The notes: generated from the sequence alone by a model not told the origin. Positions 1 to 8,472 are shown, counted from the first letter of the stretch. The stretch is 64,000 nucleotides of DNA from a virus (IMGVR_UViG_3300028392_000060:9471-73470), one strand, 5' to 3'. Program-made: numbers and translations.

Positions 1-195
1 TGTTTCTGCTAAGTGGAATGGAACTATTTTGGCTGTTGCCATTATGTTTATGTAGTTAACCATATACTGAAGCAATGATTCATTTACATAAGCACTCTCG
101 TGAAGCATTTTGTAAGCCAAAGCAGCAGGCGATAGGTCAGCGTGGCCTAGGCCCTCAACTATCTGCTTGTGTAACTTCTCGCTACGCACTGTCAT
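1..195 (-). CDS. hypothetical protein (partial, runs off left edge)
   Basis: ATG at 195 overlapping the stop of the upstream gene; open frame MTVRSEKLHKQIVEGLGHADLSPAALAY... to the window edge; not in ORF track. Confidence 0.7.
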   Translation of the reverse strand, partial: MTVRSEKLHKQIVEGLGHADLSPAALAYKMLHESAYVNESLLQYMVNYINIMATAKIVPFHLAET

Positions 196-554
196 TACTC
201 TGTCTCCTCAACTGCTAAGATTAAATTTTCCTTAACTAGCCAGTCTACTACATCAGAGCCCTCTATGTCAAACCCGCCCCAAGGTGTTGCCCAGAATGTA
301 TTCCAGATTGTTTTTAGATCTGTGTTAGGGGCCAAGATTGAATCCCATTCGTCTAGTTCCAGGACCACATCACGTATGGTGTCCCATACAAACAGCCAAC
401 CCAGCGAGAAACCGACGGGGAGTGTCTGAAGATCATCTAGAATACTATTAAACTTATCATACAACTCATCACCTAGATTTTCATTAACCATTTGCCTTCT
501 CCAAATCTGATTGATAGAATATGATATCATAGCACATATTGTAGATATTTTCAA
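195..554 (-). CDS. hypothetical protein (true start probably ~491, MVNENL)
   Basis: ORF track; tightly coupled in the leftward operon. Confidence 0.65.
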   Translation of the reverse strand: MKISTICAMISYSINQIWRRQMVNENLGDELYDKFNSILDDLQTLPVGFSLGWLFVWDTIRDVVLELDEWDSILAPNTDLKTIWNTFWATPWGGFDIEGSDVVDWLVKENLILAVEETE

Positions 555-714
555 TAGCGTCTAGATAACCAATTGCCCATTGTTCATTTCCAAAATCCTT
601 ATGTTGCCATTCATACATAATGTTTTTCAGCTCCCCCTGCAGTACATCAATTAAAGGAACATTATGTTCTATGGCCTTTTTCATTTGTGGAGATAAATCA
701 TTGTAATTAAGCAT
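484..714 (-). CDS. hypothetical protein
   Basis: ORF track; overlaps neighbours in operon fashion. Confidence 0.65.
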   Translation of the reverse strand: MLNYNDLSPQMKKAIEHNVPLIDVLQGELKNIMYEWQHKDFGNEQWAIGYLDAIENIYNMCYDIIFYQSDLEKANG

Positions 715-1438
715 TTGTCATCTCCCTATGATCTTCGCACTTGTCTATATCTGCACCATAGAAGCAATTGCGGCATACTTCATTTTCACAATCTTCACAC
801 CACATATCAGAAGGGTCTCCAATATATTTGTAATCACATTCATTGCATTGCCAGTTCCAAGATGTATCTGATATTACTTCACCTCTAAGGATTTCCATTT
901 CCCCGCCCCAGCCTGTCTCCTCTTCATATGAAAGCGTAAAGAGTAGTTCAGGATACTGAGAAGATAGATTAGTTAATGCTTCATTAGGAACACCCCAAGC
1001 AGTATTAAAGTTATAATAAACTACTTTGTTATCGCCATTGTCAACAGGACCTTCCATACGTGTATCAGGATATTGTTCTTCACTAGACACGGCAACGTCC
1101 CACTTAACACCCCAGTTGCGGAGATTCCAGTTGTACCAATCATTGCCGACCTCTTGTTCGGCGTGGACTTCTTTCCACATATCTTCGCCTTTGGCCTCAA
1201 GGTTAACTTTTGCCTTTGCGTGATTGTGATACGCCTCTAAGTCTGTTGGTTTAATTATATTCCAGAATGCGAAAAGCGGGGCGGGATAAAGAATATCTTT
1301 TGCAACACTTGTCTTAGTATTAATATCCCAAGCGTGGGGATGAAATACTTTAAATGGTTGATTCATTTGATTTACTAATTTAGTTACAGATTCAGGATTA
1401 CCTTCTATAGTTAATCCATTAAATACCCAGTTTGGCAT
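707..1438 (-). CDS. DUF1281/YubB ferredoxin-like domain protein with C-terminal Cys cluster
   Basis: Motifs MPNW, WYNWNLRNWGVKWD, FNTAWGVP, LSSQYPEL.FTLSYEEE are typical of this phage family. Confidence 0.7.
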   Translation of the reverse strand: MPNWVFNGLTIEGNPESVTKLVNQMNQPFKVFHPHAWDINTKTSVAKDILYPAPLFAFWNIIKPTDLEAYHNHAKAKVNLEAKGEDMWKEVHAEQEVGNDWYNWNLRNWGVKWDVAVSSEEQYPDTRMEGPVDNGDNKVVYYNFNTAWGVPNEALTNLSSQYPELLFTLSYEEETGWGGEMEILRGEVISDTSWNWQCNECDYKYIGDPSDMWCEDCENEVCRNCFYGADIDKCEDHREMTNA

Positions 1439-1620
1439 TATTTATTCTCCTCATCAAAGGCTCCATAACTTGGAGTTATTCCGCTAAGCCACTCATAATA
1501 ACTTAATTTTCCCCCTAATTCCCAGCATTGTAAACAGAAAGTGCCAAATTGTTGTGCTACAACATAAGCAGGAATTGGAGAAATTGTTTTACAATTAGTA
1601 CAAGTTATTCTTTCAGTCAT
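1438..1620 (-). CDS. small Zn-finger-like hypothetical protein
   Basis: CxxC...CxxC; RBS (GAAAGGA) and PafBC-type promoter directly upstream. Confidence 0.65.
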   Translation of the reverse strand: MTERITCTNCKTISPIPAYVVAQQFGTFCLQCWELGGKLSYYEWLSGITPSYGAFDEENK

Positions 1621-1647
1621 TATTGTCCTTTCGTTGGGTAGGGTCTT

Positions 1648-1669
1648 ATTGTAGCATAGGGTACTGACA
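1648..1669 (-). promoter_or_regulatory. PafBC/RecA-NDp-type promoter
   Basis: Minus strand TGTCAG-taccctatgc-TACAAT (10-nt spacer). Confidence 0.8.
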
Positions 1670-1674
1670 TTTGG

Positions 1675-1983
1675 CTAGTCCCGCACCTTGTCAGTAGCCT
1701 CATCGTAAAGCAACCAGTCTATATCTATAGAATAGACAATCGTAATTGATTTGTCTAAAAGCTGGAGAACCACATGGTCCCCCTCTGTGTATCCAATTAG
1801 TTTAGCATCTTGAATTTGTTCACGACTAAAAGATCTATCTTCGTAAACGGCGGGAATGTGATTAAAGTAATAAGTATCACTATGAATACTATCCATTATA
1901 TCAAGCATTAGAATACTCCAATTCATTTTGTGATAAAGTAAATACAGTAAAATTAACACCATTGTTATAACAGAAGTTAACAC
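1675..1983 (-). CDS. hypothetical protein (start probably ~1908)
   Basis: ORF track. Confidence 0.5.
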   Translation of the reverse strand: MLTSVITMVLILLYLLYHKMNWSILMLDIMDSIHSDTYYFNHIPAVYEDRSFSREQIQDAKLIGYTEGDHVVLQLLDKSITIVYSIDIDWLLYDEATDKVRD

Positions 1984-2122
1984 AATTTATCAGAGATTCT
2001 GATTCATATAGTGGATATCCACCTGTATCGTAATCATTATCTAAATCAGGATATACTTCAAACATATTTATACCCCCTGGTGATACTGAATAATCTATTT
2101 CATATATTCTAAAGGTTTCCAT
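1901..2122 (-). CDS. hypothetical protein, probably leaderless mRNA
   Basis: ORF track; TAGACT-N18-TAAAAT promoter (2129-2158) places the start site at or next to the ATG. Confidence 0.65.
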   Translation of the reverse strand: METFRIYEIDYSVSPGGINMFEVYPDLDNDYDTGGYPLYESESLINCVNFCYNNGVNFTVFTLSQNELEYSNA

Positions 2123-2164
2123 AGGTAGATTTTAGCATATCGTAATCGTAAAAGTCTAATCGTA

Positions 2165-2230
2165 ATCTCATATTTTGAGATATATTTCAGTGATATATAT
2201 CACATATCGTAAAGTGTGATTTTAATCACA
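2165..2230. promoter_or_regulatory. operator cluster: ATCTCA-N5-TGAGAT palindrome plus two CRP-like boxes
   Basis: ATCTCATATTTTGAGAT 2165-2181; AGTGA-N6-TCACA 2189-2204; perfect TGTGA-N6-TCACA 2215-2230. Confidence 0.7.
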
Positions 2231-2404
2231 CCCCCGCGCCCAGCTGTCCCACTTTGTCAAGTGGGACACGCAAGGTTTTACATATAACTTACTATAAATT
2301 CCATAGTCATATGCAAATTACAATCACAATCATTTTTTGCAGAATCAAAGTGATCTTGATATTGCTCATAGATAAGTGTTACAAGTTCATCTATAGTGTA
2401 TGGT

Positions 2405-2770
2405 TTATGTGTTGTGGTAATTGTGAACCTCTTCCATATATGAAATAAAACTTTCAAAACTGTGCCAATGTCCATTATCATTTACCATTTGAGTAGTGAA
2501 ATCTATTTCTACTACTTCGTCCATATAAGGTGTGTCAGCATTTGCTACATAGATACCGAAGCCTGTTTCGCTATCCCGCCCATCTTTTGTTAGTTGGTCA
2601 ATTACAATGCGGAGAGCATACGGAACATCTCCCATATCAGTACGCTTTTTTGCGGCGGTAAGTGCTAACGCTAAATCCTCACGCCAAGTTGTTTCGCCCC
2701 AATGTGAATATAGCACAATGTTAGGCATATCTAACTCTGTTTTAAATACGAAATTAACTCTTGCTCCCAT
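2405..2770 (-). CDS. hypothetical phage protein (MGARVNFVF...LYSHWG)
   Basis: ORF track 2405..2860; start reassigned to 2770 because an AGGAG RBS lies just upstream. Confidence 0.7.
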   Translation of the reverse strand: MGARVNFVFKTELDMPNIVLYSHWGETTWREDLALALTAAKKRTDMGDVPYALRIVIDQLTKDGRDSETGFGIYVANADTPYMDEVVEIDFTTQMVNDNGHWHSFESFISYMEEVHNYHNT

Positions 2771-2901
2771 TAAAGTATTCCTCCTATCGCTATAAATACT
2801 CCAAGTAATACTGCTAAGATTAAAACTACTGCCGTTGAGTTCATTATCATATCCTATCAAATAAGTGGCGGGAAGTCAATTACCCTTCCCGCCCAAGTTA
2901 A

Positions 2902-3318
2902 TTAGAGATATTGAGCGATAGACTTCATAGTGGAAGCATTAACTGTTTCCTCATCTGTCATACGCAAGATGTTAAGAGCGTTTGTGATTTCCTCTTTGGA
3001 ATTTTTGTATTCATAATTTGCCATTTGGTTAAACTCACGGGTTGGCTCAACAGGGAAGTTAGAGCCTTTTGTGCTGACATCAAAATCAACATTTAGAGTT
3101 TCACTCCAAGAACGATACCCTGTGCGAAGGTTAGTTGCGGTTGCGATATTAGCGAGAGCGAAGTCTTTTAGACTATCTTGCCAAGCCTTGTATGCTTCTT
3201 GGAACTTTGCTTCGTTGGCTTCTTGACCAGCGTAGTCTATCTCAATTTGGGCTAACTTAGCCTCTAGTGCCTTGATTACCTTTGGTGTTGCCACCTTTAC
3301 TGTTATTGCTCTAGCCAT
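2902..3318 (-). CDS. hypothetical helical protein
   Basis: ORF track; RBS AAAGGA and PafBC-type promoter upstream. Confidence 0.75.
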   Translation of the reverse strand: MARAITVKVATPKVIKALEAKLAQIEIDYAGQEANEAKFQEAYKAWQDSLKDFALANIATATNLRTGYRSWSETLNVDFDVSTKGSNFPVEPTREFNQMANYEYKNSKEEITNALNILRMTDEETVNASTMKSIAQYL

Positions 3319-3351
3319 TTGGTTTCCTTTGTTAGTTGGGTTGGTAGGATT

Positions 3352-3373
3352 ATTATATCAGGGGGGTCTGACA
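3352..3373 (-). promoter_or_regulatory. PafBC/RecA-NDp-type promoter
   Basis: TGTCAG-acccccctga-TATAAT. Confidence 0.85.
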
Positions 3374-3448
3374 TAAACTTAAGTGCTAGTTCTTACTTAC
3401 GACATTGGGCTAGAACTCTAGCAAACTGCCCCTGTTTCGTTGTCCCCT

Positions 3449-3470
3449 ATTATATCATAGGGGTCTGACA
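3449..3470 (-). promoter_or_regulatory. PafBC/RecA-NDp-type promoter
   Basis: TGTCAG-acccctatga-TATAAT. Confidence 0.85.
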
Positions 3471-3698
3471 TTATGCTTCGTGCTTGGGCAAATCAACACG
3501 CACATTTTTCTGTATGTTAGAACTAATTAACTTACCTTGAAAAGCGACCATCATTTTTGCCAATTTCATTTCATCACCAGATGATAGTTCAATCTGGTTA
3601 TCATTTAAGACTACATATTCAACGCCATATTGAATAGCCTTGCCCAATCCATAGCCCATTTGGGCTTTGGACGGGACTTCTAAAGTAATAACTGCCAT
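3471..3698 (-). CDS. hypothetical protein
   Basis: ORF track; RBS GAGAGGA. Confidence 0.65.
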   Translation of the reverse strand: MAVITLEVPSKAQMGYGLGKAIQYGVEYVVLNDNQIELSSGDEMKLAKMMVAFQGKLISSNIQKNVRVDLPKHEA

Positions 3699-3699
3699 A

Positions 3700-4323
3700 T
3701 TAGGATTCCTCTCTTACATCATAAATAGAATAATCATTTACATCTACATCAGCACCATAAGTGGATACTGAAAGTTCATCATTTAACATAGTTTCTAAAT
3801 CATAATTATCGGTTAAAGATACACGCATAATTCCACTTACTTCTATTGTGGCAGAAAACTCTATTTCTTTACTTAGTTCAAGATTAAATAAATCTGCGAT
3901 AGTTGTTAAAGTATCTTGGTCATTACTGTCATCATAAGCGTCAATAATTATGTTATGAAGTGTAACTAACTTGTTGTTGAAATCAGCAACATCACTCTTA
4001 AGTTGACGGGCTTCACGAAGTTTCCACTCTAAATCATTAACTTTATCAGTTTGATAAGTTGTTTCGTTATTCTCAATTATCTTGTAGGTAACGAGTAGGT
4101 TTGGGTTATATTCTGTTGAAATATCCATTTGTTCCTCTTTCTTTGTAGTTGGGTCTATTGTAACATCTACCACCGACATCAGTATCATTTGTGTATCTGT
4201 CATACATTTTGGACACATATCACTTTGTGGAAGTCCATTAGATTTAATAGTCATTACAATATGGCTATCGCAATTTGGGCATACATAATCCCATTTAAAC
4301 CAGGTTTCATTTTTATTTGTCAT
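3700..4323 (-). CDS. hypothetical protein with N-terminal Zn ribbon (possible internal start at 4128)
   Basis: CPNC...CPKC; promoter TTGATT-N17-TAAAAT at 4331-4359. Confidence 0.65.
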   Translation of the reverse strand: MTNKNETWFKWDYVCPNCDSHIVMTIKSNGLPQSDMCPKCMTDTQMILMSVVDVTIDPTTKKEEQMDISTEYNPNLLVTYKIIENNETTYQTDKVNDLEWKLREARQLKSDVADFNNKLVTLHNIIIDAYDDSNDQDTLTTIADLFNLELSKEIEFSATIEVSGIMRVSLTDNYDLETMLNDELSVSTYGADVDVNDYSIYDVREES

Positions 4324-4330
4324 AGCGAGT

Positions 4331-4396
4331 ATTTTAGCAGGTTACTCACGGGTAATCAAACGACACGCCGTAAAACTCAGGGTGATTTTTATCACA
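4331..4396 (-). promoter_or_regulatory. sigma-A-type promoter with WhiA-type GACAC motif and CRP-like box
   Basis: CGGCGTGTCG-t-TTGATT-N17-TAAAAT; GGTGA-N6-TCACA at 4381-4396; TTACTCACGGGTAA in the spacer. Confidence 0.7.
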
Positions 4397-4403
4397 CTCG
4401 TAA

Positions 4404-4433
4404 CGACACGCCCGACCTCGGGGGGCGCGGCCC
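4404..4433. repeat. conserved GC-rich intergenic element, copy 1
   Basis: CGACACGCCCGACCTCGGGGG(G)CGCGGC, near-identical at 5769, 8592 and 9903. Confidence 0.9.
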
Positions 4434-4470
4434 ATGCATAATTATACATTGCAATGCATATTTATACATT
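4433..4470. promoter_or_regulatory. tandem ArgR (ARG box)-like operator
   Basis: CATGCATAATTATACATT-gc-AATGCATATTTATACATT: two 18-bp imperfect palindromes at a 20-bp period. Confidence 0.65.
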
Positions 4471-4479
4471 GAAGCTTTG

Positions 4480-4555
4480 CGATCCGTACGGGATTTGAAC
4501 CCGTGGTCTCTACAGTGACAGTGTAGTGAATTAAACCAAACTATTCTAACGGACC
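4480..4555 (-). tRNA. tRNA-Asp (GTC)
   Basis: Cloverleaf with acceptor GGTCCGT/ACGGATC, anticodon arm CTACA-CTGTCAC-TGTAG, T arm ACGGG-TTCAAAT-CCCGT and discriminator G; followed by CAA, not CCA. Confidence 0.95.
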
Positions 4556-4561
4556 TTGCGG

Positions 4562-4589
4562 TGAGCAGTTTTTACACTTGCTCAGGTGT
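4562..4589 (-). ncRNA. compact H-type pseudoknot motif, copy A
   Basis: ACAC-C-TGAGCA-A-GTGT-AAAAAC-TGCTCA; covaries with copies at 9977 and 10521. Confidence 0.7.
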
Positions 4590-4597
4590 TGCGAATT

Positions 4598-5626
4598 TTA
4601 TTTCGCTAGTGCTAAGACTTGCTTAACAATTTTATTTTTTTCAGCAGTTACAACAGGGTCAAAACCACTTGCGCCTGCCATTAGGCTATCGCCATCTTTT
4701 CGGGCTGTGCGATAATAATCTAGGCGTTCTGTGAGAGCATTTACAACACCCCACGCAGTACCCTTGATATTATTATTGGTAGGCGAATTGTGATAAAGTT
4801 CATCAAGCAATACAACCTTATTTTCCCATTTCTTGATTGAACCCTTTTTGTCCAATTCAGGCTTTGGGTACATCTTGTTAATGATTTCTGAAAACTTTTT
4901 ATCAGTAACAGAAATTGCGAATAGTTCTTGCGCTTGCTTTTCAAATTCATCAGCATATGCGAAAGTTAATCCGAGAGCCTCTCGTGCTTGAGCAATTTTA
5001 CCATCAACAGTTTGTGTATGACGGATTTTGAAACTCTGCTTTGCTTTTTTCATAGCAAAATTAAGAGTGTTTTGGCACATAACACGAACAGGGGTAATAG
5101 CAGATTGAACCGCTACTGAGCCATCGTGTGAAGTCCAAACAATTAGATAAAGTTTTGTTTCATCGTTCACACCTTTAGGGTCTAATACGATTGTGCGGGG
5201 AACGGACATTGTGCCAAACACAACATTGCCACCCTTGAGAGAGCCTGCGCTTTCCCAAAATACATCTTGATTTCCATCGTGTAAGTTATCAGCAAACGAA
5301 AATAATTCCTCGTTTTGAACTTCTTTATAGCGTGAACCTACAACGGAGAGAACATCAGTTTGTCCCGCAGTATAAGGGTTATCACGAATTACAAGTTGAT
5401 TATCCTTGAGAGAGTTCCAATTCTCAGGGAGATAATCAGCAACAGGAGCAAGGCGAACGTTCCAATTAGATAGTTTAGCACCATCTAACATTTGAGCAGT
5501 TGTTACTGCTTCATCTTGATTGAATACCTTATTGGCAAAAGAGTGCCAAGCGGGTACTGTGCGGAGATTTACGGCAAGAGAAACTTCTCCGCCTTCAACC
5601 TCTGATTTATGAGCCAAGTTGGTCAT
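4598..5626 (-). CDS. DUF932 family phage/plasmid protein (TIGR03299-like)
   Basis: Motifs PAWH, LSVVGSRY..VQNEELF.FAD, ESAGSLKGG, SHDGS, TPVRVMCQNTL, IRHT, GTAWG..NALTE..DY. Confidence 0.9.
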   Translation of the reverse strand: MTNLAHKSEVEGGEVSLAVNLRTVPAWHSFANKVFNQDEAVTTAQMLDGAKLSNWNVRLAPVADYLPENWNSLKDNQLVIRDNPYTAGQTDVLSVVGSRYKEVQNEELFSFADNLHDGNQDVFWESAGSLKGGNVVFGTMSVPRTIVLDPKGVNDETKLYLIVWTSHDGSVAVQSAITPVRVMCQNTLNFAMKKAKQSFKIRHTQTVDGKIAQAREALGLTFAYADEFEKQAQELFAISVTDKKFSEIINKMYPKPELDKKGSIKKWENKVVLLDELYHNSPTNNNIKGTAWGVVNALTERLDYYRTARKDGDSLMAGASGFDPVVTAEKNKIVKQVLALAK

Positions 5627-5655
5627 ATGATTTCCTTTCTTTGTTTGTTAAATTG

Positions 5656-5677
5656 AGTATAACATATGGCACCGACA
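5656..5677 (-). promoter_or_regulatory. PafBC/RecA-NDp-type promoter for the DUF932-tRNA unit
   Basis: TGTCGG-tgccatatgt-TATACT. Confidence 0.85.
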
Positions 5678-5726
5678 TTTGTCCACTTTAAATAATCATT
5701 TTAAGACACATTCAACCAATTTTGCG

Positions 5727-5797
5727 TGTGAGAAATATCACAGAGATTTTTTCGGCGTGTCGTAAATGCGACACGCCCGACCTCGGGGGCGCGGCCC
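5727..5797. repeat. CRP-like box, inverted GACAC pair and conserved GC-rich element copy 2
   Basis: TGTGAGAAATATCACA 5727-5742; CGTGTCG-taaatg-CGACACG; element at 5769-5797. Confidence 0.85.
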
Positions 5798-6087
5798 AAA
5801 AATTTAATTTTGTCAAGTCAACACGCAGCTATTTTTTAAATAAAAAAAATATTTTTAATATAACAATAATGGCCACCGTGTAAAATAATTGTGAAAACAC
5901 GTTGACCATTAATTGCATTTTATCCCCTCGTTTAAATATATTTTATAAGATCTTTTGTTTTTCTACAATTTTTCTAGCCTTTGCAGATAACGGTTTACCT
6001 GGGCAGTTCATATGAAAATAAGTTATTAGCATATCTTCTTCATTTGTTGTTGTGGCCCCGCATTTATGGCAGGACCACGATTCTTTT

Positions 6088-6411
6088 TTATTCTTCATCA
6101 GTGTACACGCATTCTGCACAGTCGCATTCCCATGAATGCGGTAGCCATGCGTCTAAGTGATGCGCTTCTGCAATTGCGGATGCGGGAGCACTTTCTTCTC
6201 CACGCCATGACACGCCTTCGGGAAGTTTAATCAAGCGAGAATAATCTTCTTCATGATATGCATCAATTGCATCTAGGCAAGGTTGCACCATTGAAGAGGG
6301 GACGGGTGGGTAGTGATTACCCTTCAAGTGAATTTTTAATTGTGTGCGAATATCTATAGCCATATCCGCTAGATCATTTGCAAAAACACTTCCCATATTA
6401 GTTATCTCCAT
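6088..6411 (-). CDS. hypothetical phage protein (HLxGNHYPPVP...AHHLDAW)
   Basis: ORF track; operon-coupled. Confidence 0.75.
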   Translation of the reverse strand: MEITNMGSVFANDLADMAIDIRTQLKIHLKGNHYPPVPSSMVQPCLDAIDAYHEEDYSRLIKLPEGVSWRGEESAPASAIAEAHHLDAWLPHSWECDCAECVYTDEE

Positions 6412-6682
6412 TTTCTATTGAATCAAACATATTTTGAATTTCTAGGGCTTCATCCGCCATTTTATCAAAGTCCTCACCCATTAGCAAGTGCGACACTCTA
6501 GTAGCGACTACACTAGCAAGTAAAGTAGAATAAGCAAACATCATTTCAGAAATACGATCTAATTTTTCTGAATTACCTTCAGCATAGTCCCAAGCAATTT
6601 CACGAGCAGCATTCATCACTTCAATATCAATTACTGAATCAGCAGTCGCTTCTCTAATTTCAAAGAAAGTAGAAATACTCAT
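6398..6682 (-). CDS. hypothetical protein
   Basis: ORF track; coupled to neighbours. Confidence 0.7.
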   Translation of the reverse strand: MSISTFFEIREATADSVIDIEVMNAAREIAWDYAEGNSEKLDRISEMMFAYSTLLASVVATRVSHLLMGEDFDKMADEALEIQNMFDSIENGDN

Positions 6683-6888
6683 TATTCCACCACCTTTAAT
6701 AATGCGTAAGAATTATTTTCGTTTAATTCATCTAAGATATCTGTTAGTTTAGGAACGATTAACGCCTTAAGCATATCCTCAAGCATAGCCACTTGTTGTT
6801 CATATGGGAGAGATAGTAGACGGCGGGCAGTAGGATTATTTTCATCCAATTCTGTTTCAAACTTTAGCGTGTGAGGGATTTTTACCAT
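6682..6888 (-). CDS. hypothetical protein
   Basis: ORF track; RBS AAAGGA and promoter upstream. Confidence 0.7.
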   Translation of the reverse strand: MVKIPHTLKFETELDENNPTARRLLSLPYEQQVAMLEDMLKALIVPKLTDILDELNENNSYALLKVVE

Positions 6889-6922
6889 TTATTTATTGTC
6901 CTTTTCTTTGTTGGGAGTAGTT

Positions 6923-6944
6923 AGTATATCACGAGCCACCGACA
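6923..6944 (-). promoter_or_regulatory. PafBC/RecA-NDp-type promoter
   Basis: TGTCGG-tggctcgtga-TATACT. Confidence 0.85.
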
Positions 6945-7008
6945 TTAGTTCGGTGGAGAAAGTGTTATCTATGAAATTATTCCATAGTGTATCAAGTTGA
7001 TTATTCAT

Positions 7009-7212
7009 TTATTCCCCTTCGTCATATTCTAGGGACATAGGGAAGGCATCTAGCCCCATAAATCCCATATCTTCTTGATCATAGCACTCAGGGCAGACAT
7101 AGTCATCGCCATATATTTCATATTCATCTACGGAGTAAAAAGTTTCTTTAGCCCCGCATATTTCATAGTATAGACACGCTACTACAAAAATTTCATCTTG
7201 TTGATTTATCAT
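7009..7212 (-). CDS. small acidic Cys-rich protein
   Basis: ORF track 7009..7308; start reassigned to MINQQDE (RBS GAAAGGT) because the upstream part spans the promoter. Confidence 0.65.
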   Translation of the reverse strand: MINQQDEIFVVACLYYEICGAKETFYSVDEYEIYGDDYVCPECYDQEDMGFMGLDAFPMSLEYDEGE

Positions 7213-7243
7213 AAGTTTACCTTTCTTGTTGTTGATATTGGCA

Positions 7244-7265
7244 AGTATAACATAGGGCACCGACA
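7244..7265 (-). promoter_or_regulatory. PafBC/RecA-NDp-type promoter
   Basis: TGTCGG-tgccctatgt-TATACT; CRP-like GGTGA-N6-TCACA at 7294-7309 upstream. Confidence 0.85.
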
Positions 7266-7344
7266 CGATCAAACAACACGCCGCAAAACTCAGGGTGATT
7301 AAAATCACACTCGTAACACGGCGTGTCGGCTTGACAGCCGCGGC

Positions 7345-7377
7345 AAAAAATTTGCAGCTTTTGCAAACTACAAATTT
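7345..7377 (-). terminator. probable intrinsic terminator (similar one at ~8618-8652)
   Basis: Minus strand AAATTTGTAG-loop-CTGCAAATTT ending in a T run. Confidence 0.5.
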
Positions 7378-7502
7378 ATTTTTTTATTTATTCAAATTTA
7401 TTTTTATATTTATTTTTTCTTGAATAAATTTTTTTATTTTTAATTGGTGTTGCCGCATTACTGCGACGCAATTCTTGAATGCGTTTTACTTTTTCCATAA
7501 TT

Positions 7503-7706
7503 TTATTTACCCCCAATTTTACCACCACGATACAAAATTTTTGTATGTAATTTCCCGCTTGGCTCTAATAAATTAACAGTTGCGTATTCATTAGCAAATC
7601 CCCAATCAACAAAACTGCGATAAGAATTTACTGCGTCTAACGCATTATCTAACACCATTGACCAATGCGGTGCTTTGCCATCATAGGCACAAGTTATTTT
7701 GTACAT
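7503..7706 (-). CDS. hypothetical protein
   Basis: ORF track; RBS GGAG. Confidence 0.7.
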   Translation of the reverse strand: MYKITCAYDGKAPHWSMVLDNALDAVNSYRSFVDWGFANEYATVNLLEPSGKLHTKILYRGGKIGGK

Positions 7707-7798
7707 TAGTTATTTCTCCAAACATTTATTGCATAGGGCATAATTATTTGAGAAATAAACACGATAACATCTAACGCATTTGCTTAGTTTAGTTTTCA

Positions 7799-7987
7799 TT
7801 AGTTATTCTCCCAATTCTTGAATAGTTGGTGAAAATCTGCAATTTTTTCCGCAGAAATTTGAGTTGGATTACACTCACAATAATCAAAATCAAAATCTCC
7901 GTCTGGTGATGACCAACCTGTGAAACCTTGACCATAGCACTCAGGGCAAGTTAAAATTTCGGTGATTACTTCTTTTACTTTAGACAT
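7799..7987 (-). CDS. small Zn-ribbon protein (CPEC.G.G...YCECNP)
   Basis: ORF track 7799..8011; start at MSKVKE with RBS GAAAGGA. Confidence 0.7.
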   Translation of the reverse strand: MSKVKEVITEILTCPECYGQGFTGWSSPDGDFDFDYCECNPTQISAEKIADFHQLFKNWENN

Positions 7988-8029
7988 TAGTTGTCCTTTC
8001 TTGTTTGACATTTACACTTTGTTAATTGT

Positions 8030-8051
8030 ATTCTATCACCCACCACCGACA
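8030..8051 (-). promoter_or_regulatory. PafBC/RecA-NDp-type promoter
   Basis: TGTCGG-tggtgggtga-TAGAAT. Confidence 0.8.
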
Positions 8052-8090
8052 AGGTGGCGAGTGTTGAACAGTTATCGCATAAGTAAATCA

Positions 8091-8312
8091 TTACTCATCT
8101 ACTTTGATATAAACAGTTGCGAAAAAATCAGGCTTAGGGTAACCTTCGCCTGTGTAAGTTGGGCGAACTTTACAAGCGAACGCATAAACGCCTTCGCTTA
8201 AACCGCAAATATCTTTTCGCAATTTTGCGTATTGGATAATTCCGTCTTGACCTGTTCGGGCATAAGAACGGCTACGATAGTATTTTCCCTCTAGGGCTTC
8301 TGAGATTAGCAT
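8091..8312 (-). CDS. hypothetical protein
   Basis: ORF track; RBS GAAGGT. Confidence 0.7.
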   Translation of the reverse strand: MLISEALEGKYYRSRSYARTGQDGIIQYAKLRKDICGLSEGVYAFACKVRPTYTGEGYPKPDFFATVYIKVDE

Positions 8313-8419
8313 TATTTGCTACCTTCTTTCTTTGTTGAGTTAATTATAACATTTACCACCGACACGGCAGACTGACGGCGGGTTTCAAGTACGTGTGCCT
8401 TGAATTCATCTAGGTTCAT
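8312..8419 (-). CDS. small hypothetical protein MNLDEFKAHV... (35 aa)
   Basis: 3' part of track ORF 8312..8596; RBS GAAGGT; contains an internal promoter. Confidence 0.55.
   Translation of the reverse strand: MNLDEFKAHVLETRRQSAVSVVNVIINSTKKEGSK
8343..8364 (-). promoter_or_regulatory. PafBC/RecA-NDp-type promoter (intragenic)
   Basis: TGTCGG-tggtaaatgt-TATAAT. Confidence 0.8.
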
Positions 8420-8450
8420 TATTTGACCTTCTTTCTTTCTTGTTATGGCA

Positions 8451-8472
8451 AGTATACCAAAACCCACTGACA
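8451..8472 (-). promoter_or_regulatory. PafBC/RecA-NDp-type promoter
   Basis: TGTCAG-tgggttttgg-TATACT. Confidence 0.85.

Noticed and set aside
2245-2268. Perfect 10-bp inverted repeat as a terminator
   Set aside because: No adjacent U tract on the transcribed minus strand; function unclear
4129-4518. Plus-strand 129-aa ORF
   Set aside because: Opposes the local gene direction and crosses a promoter, operators and the tRNA
8134-8152. IdeR/DtxR-like box
   Set aside because: Only a half match and within coding sequence
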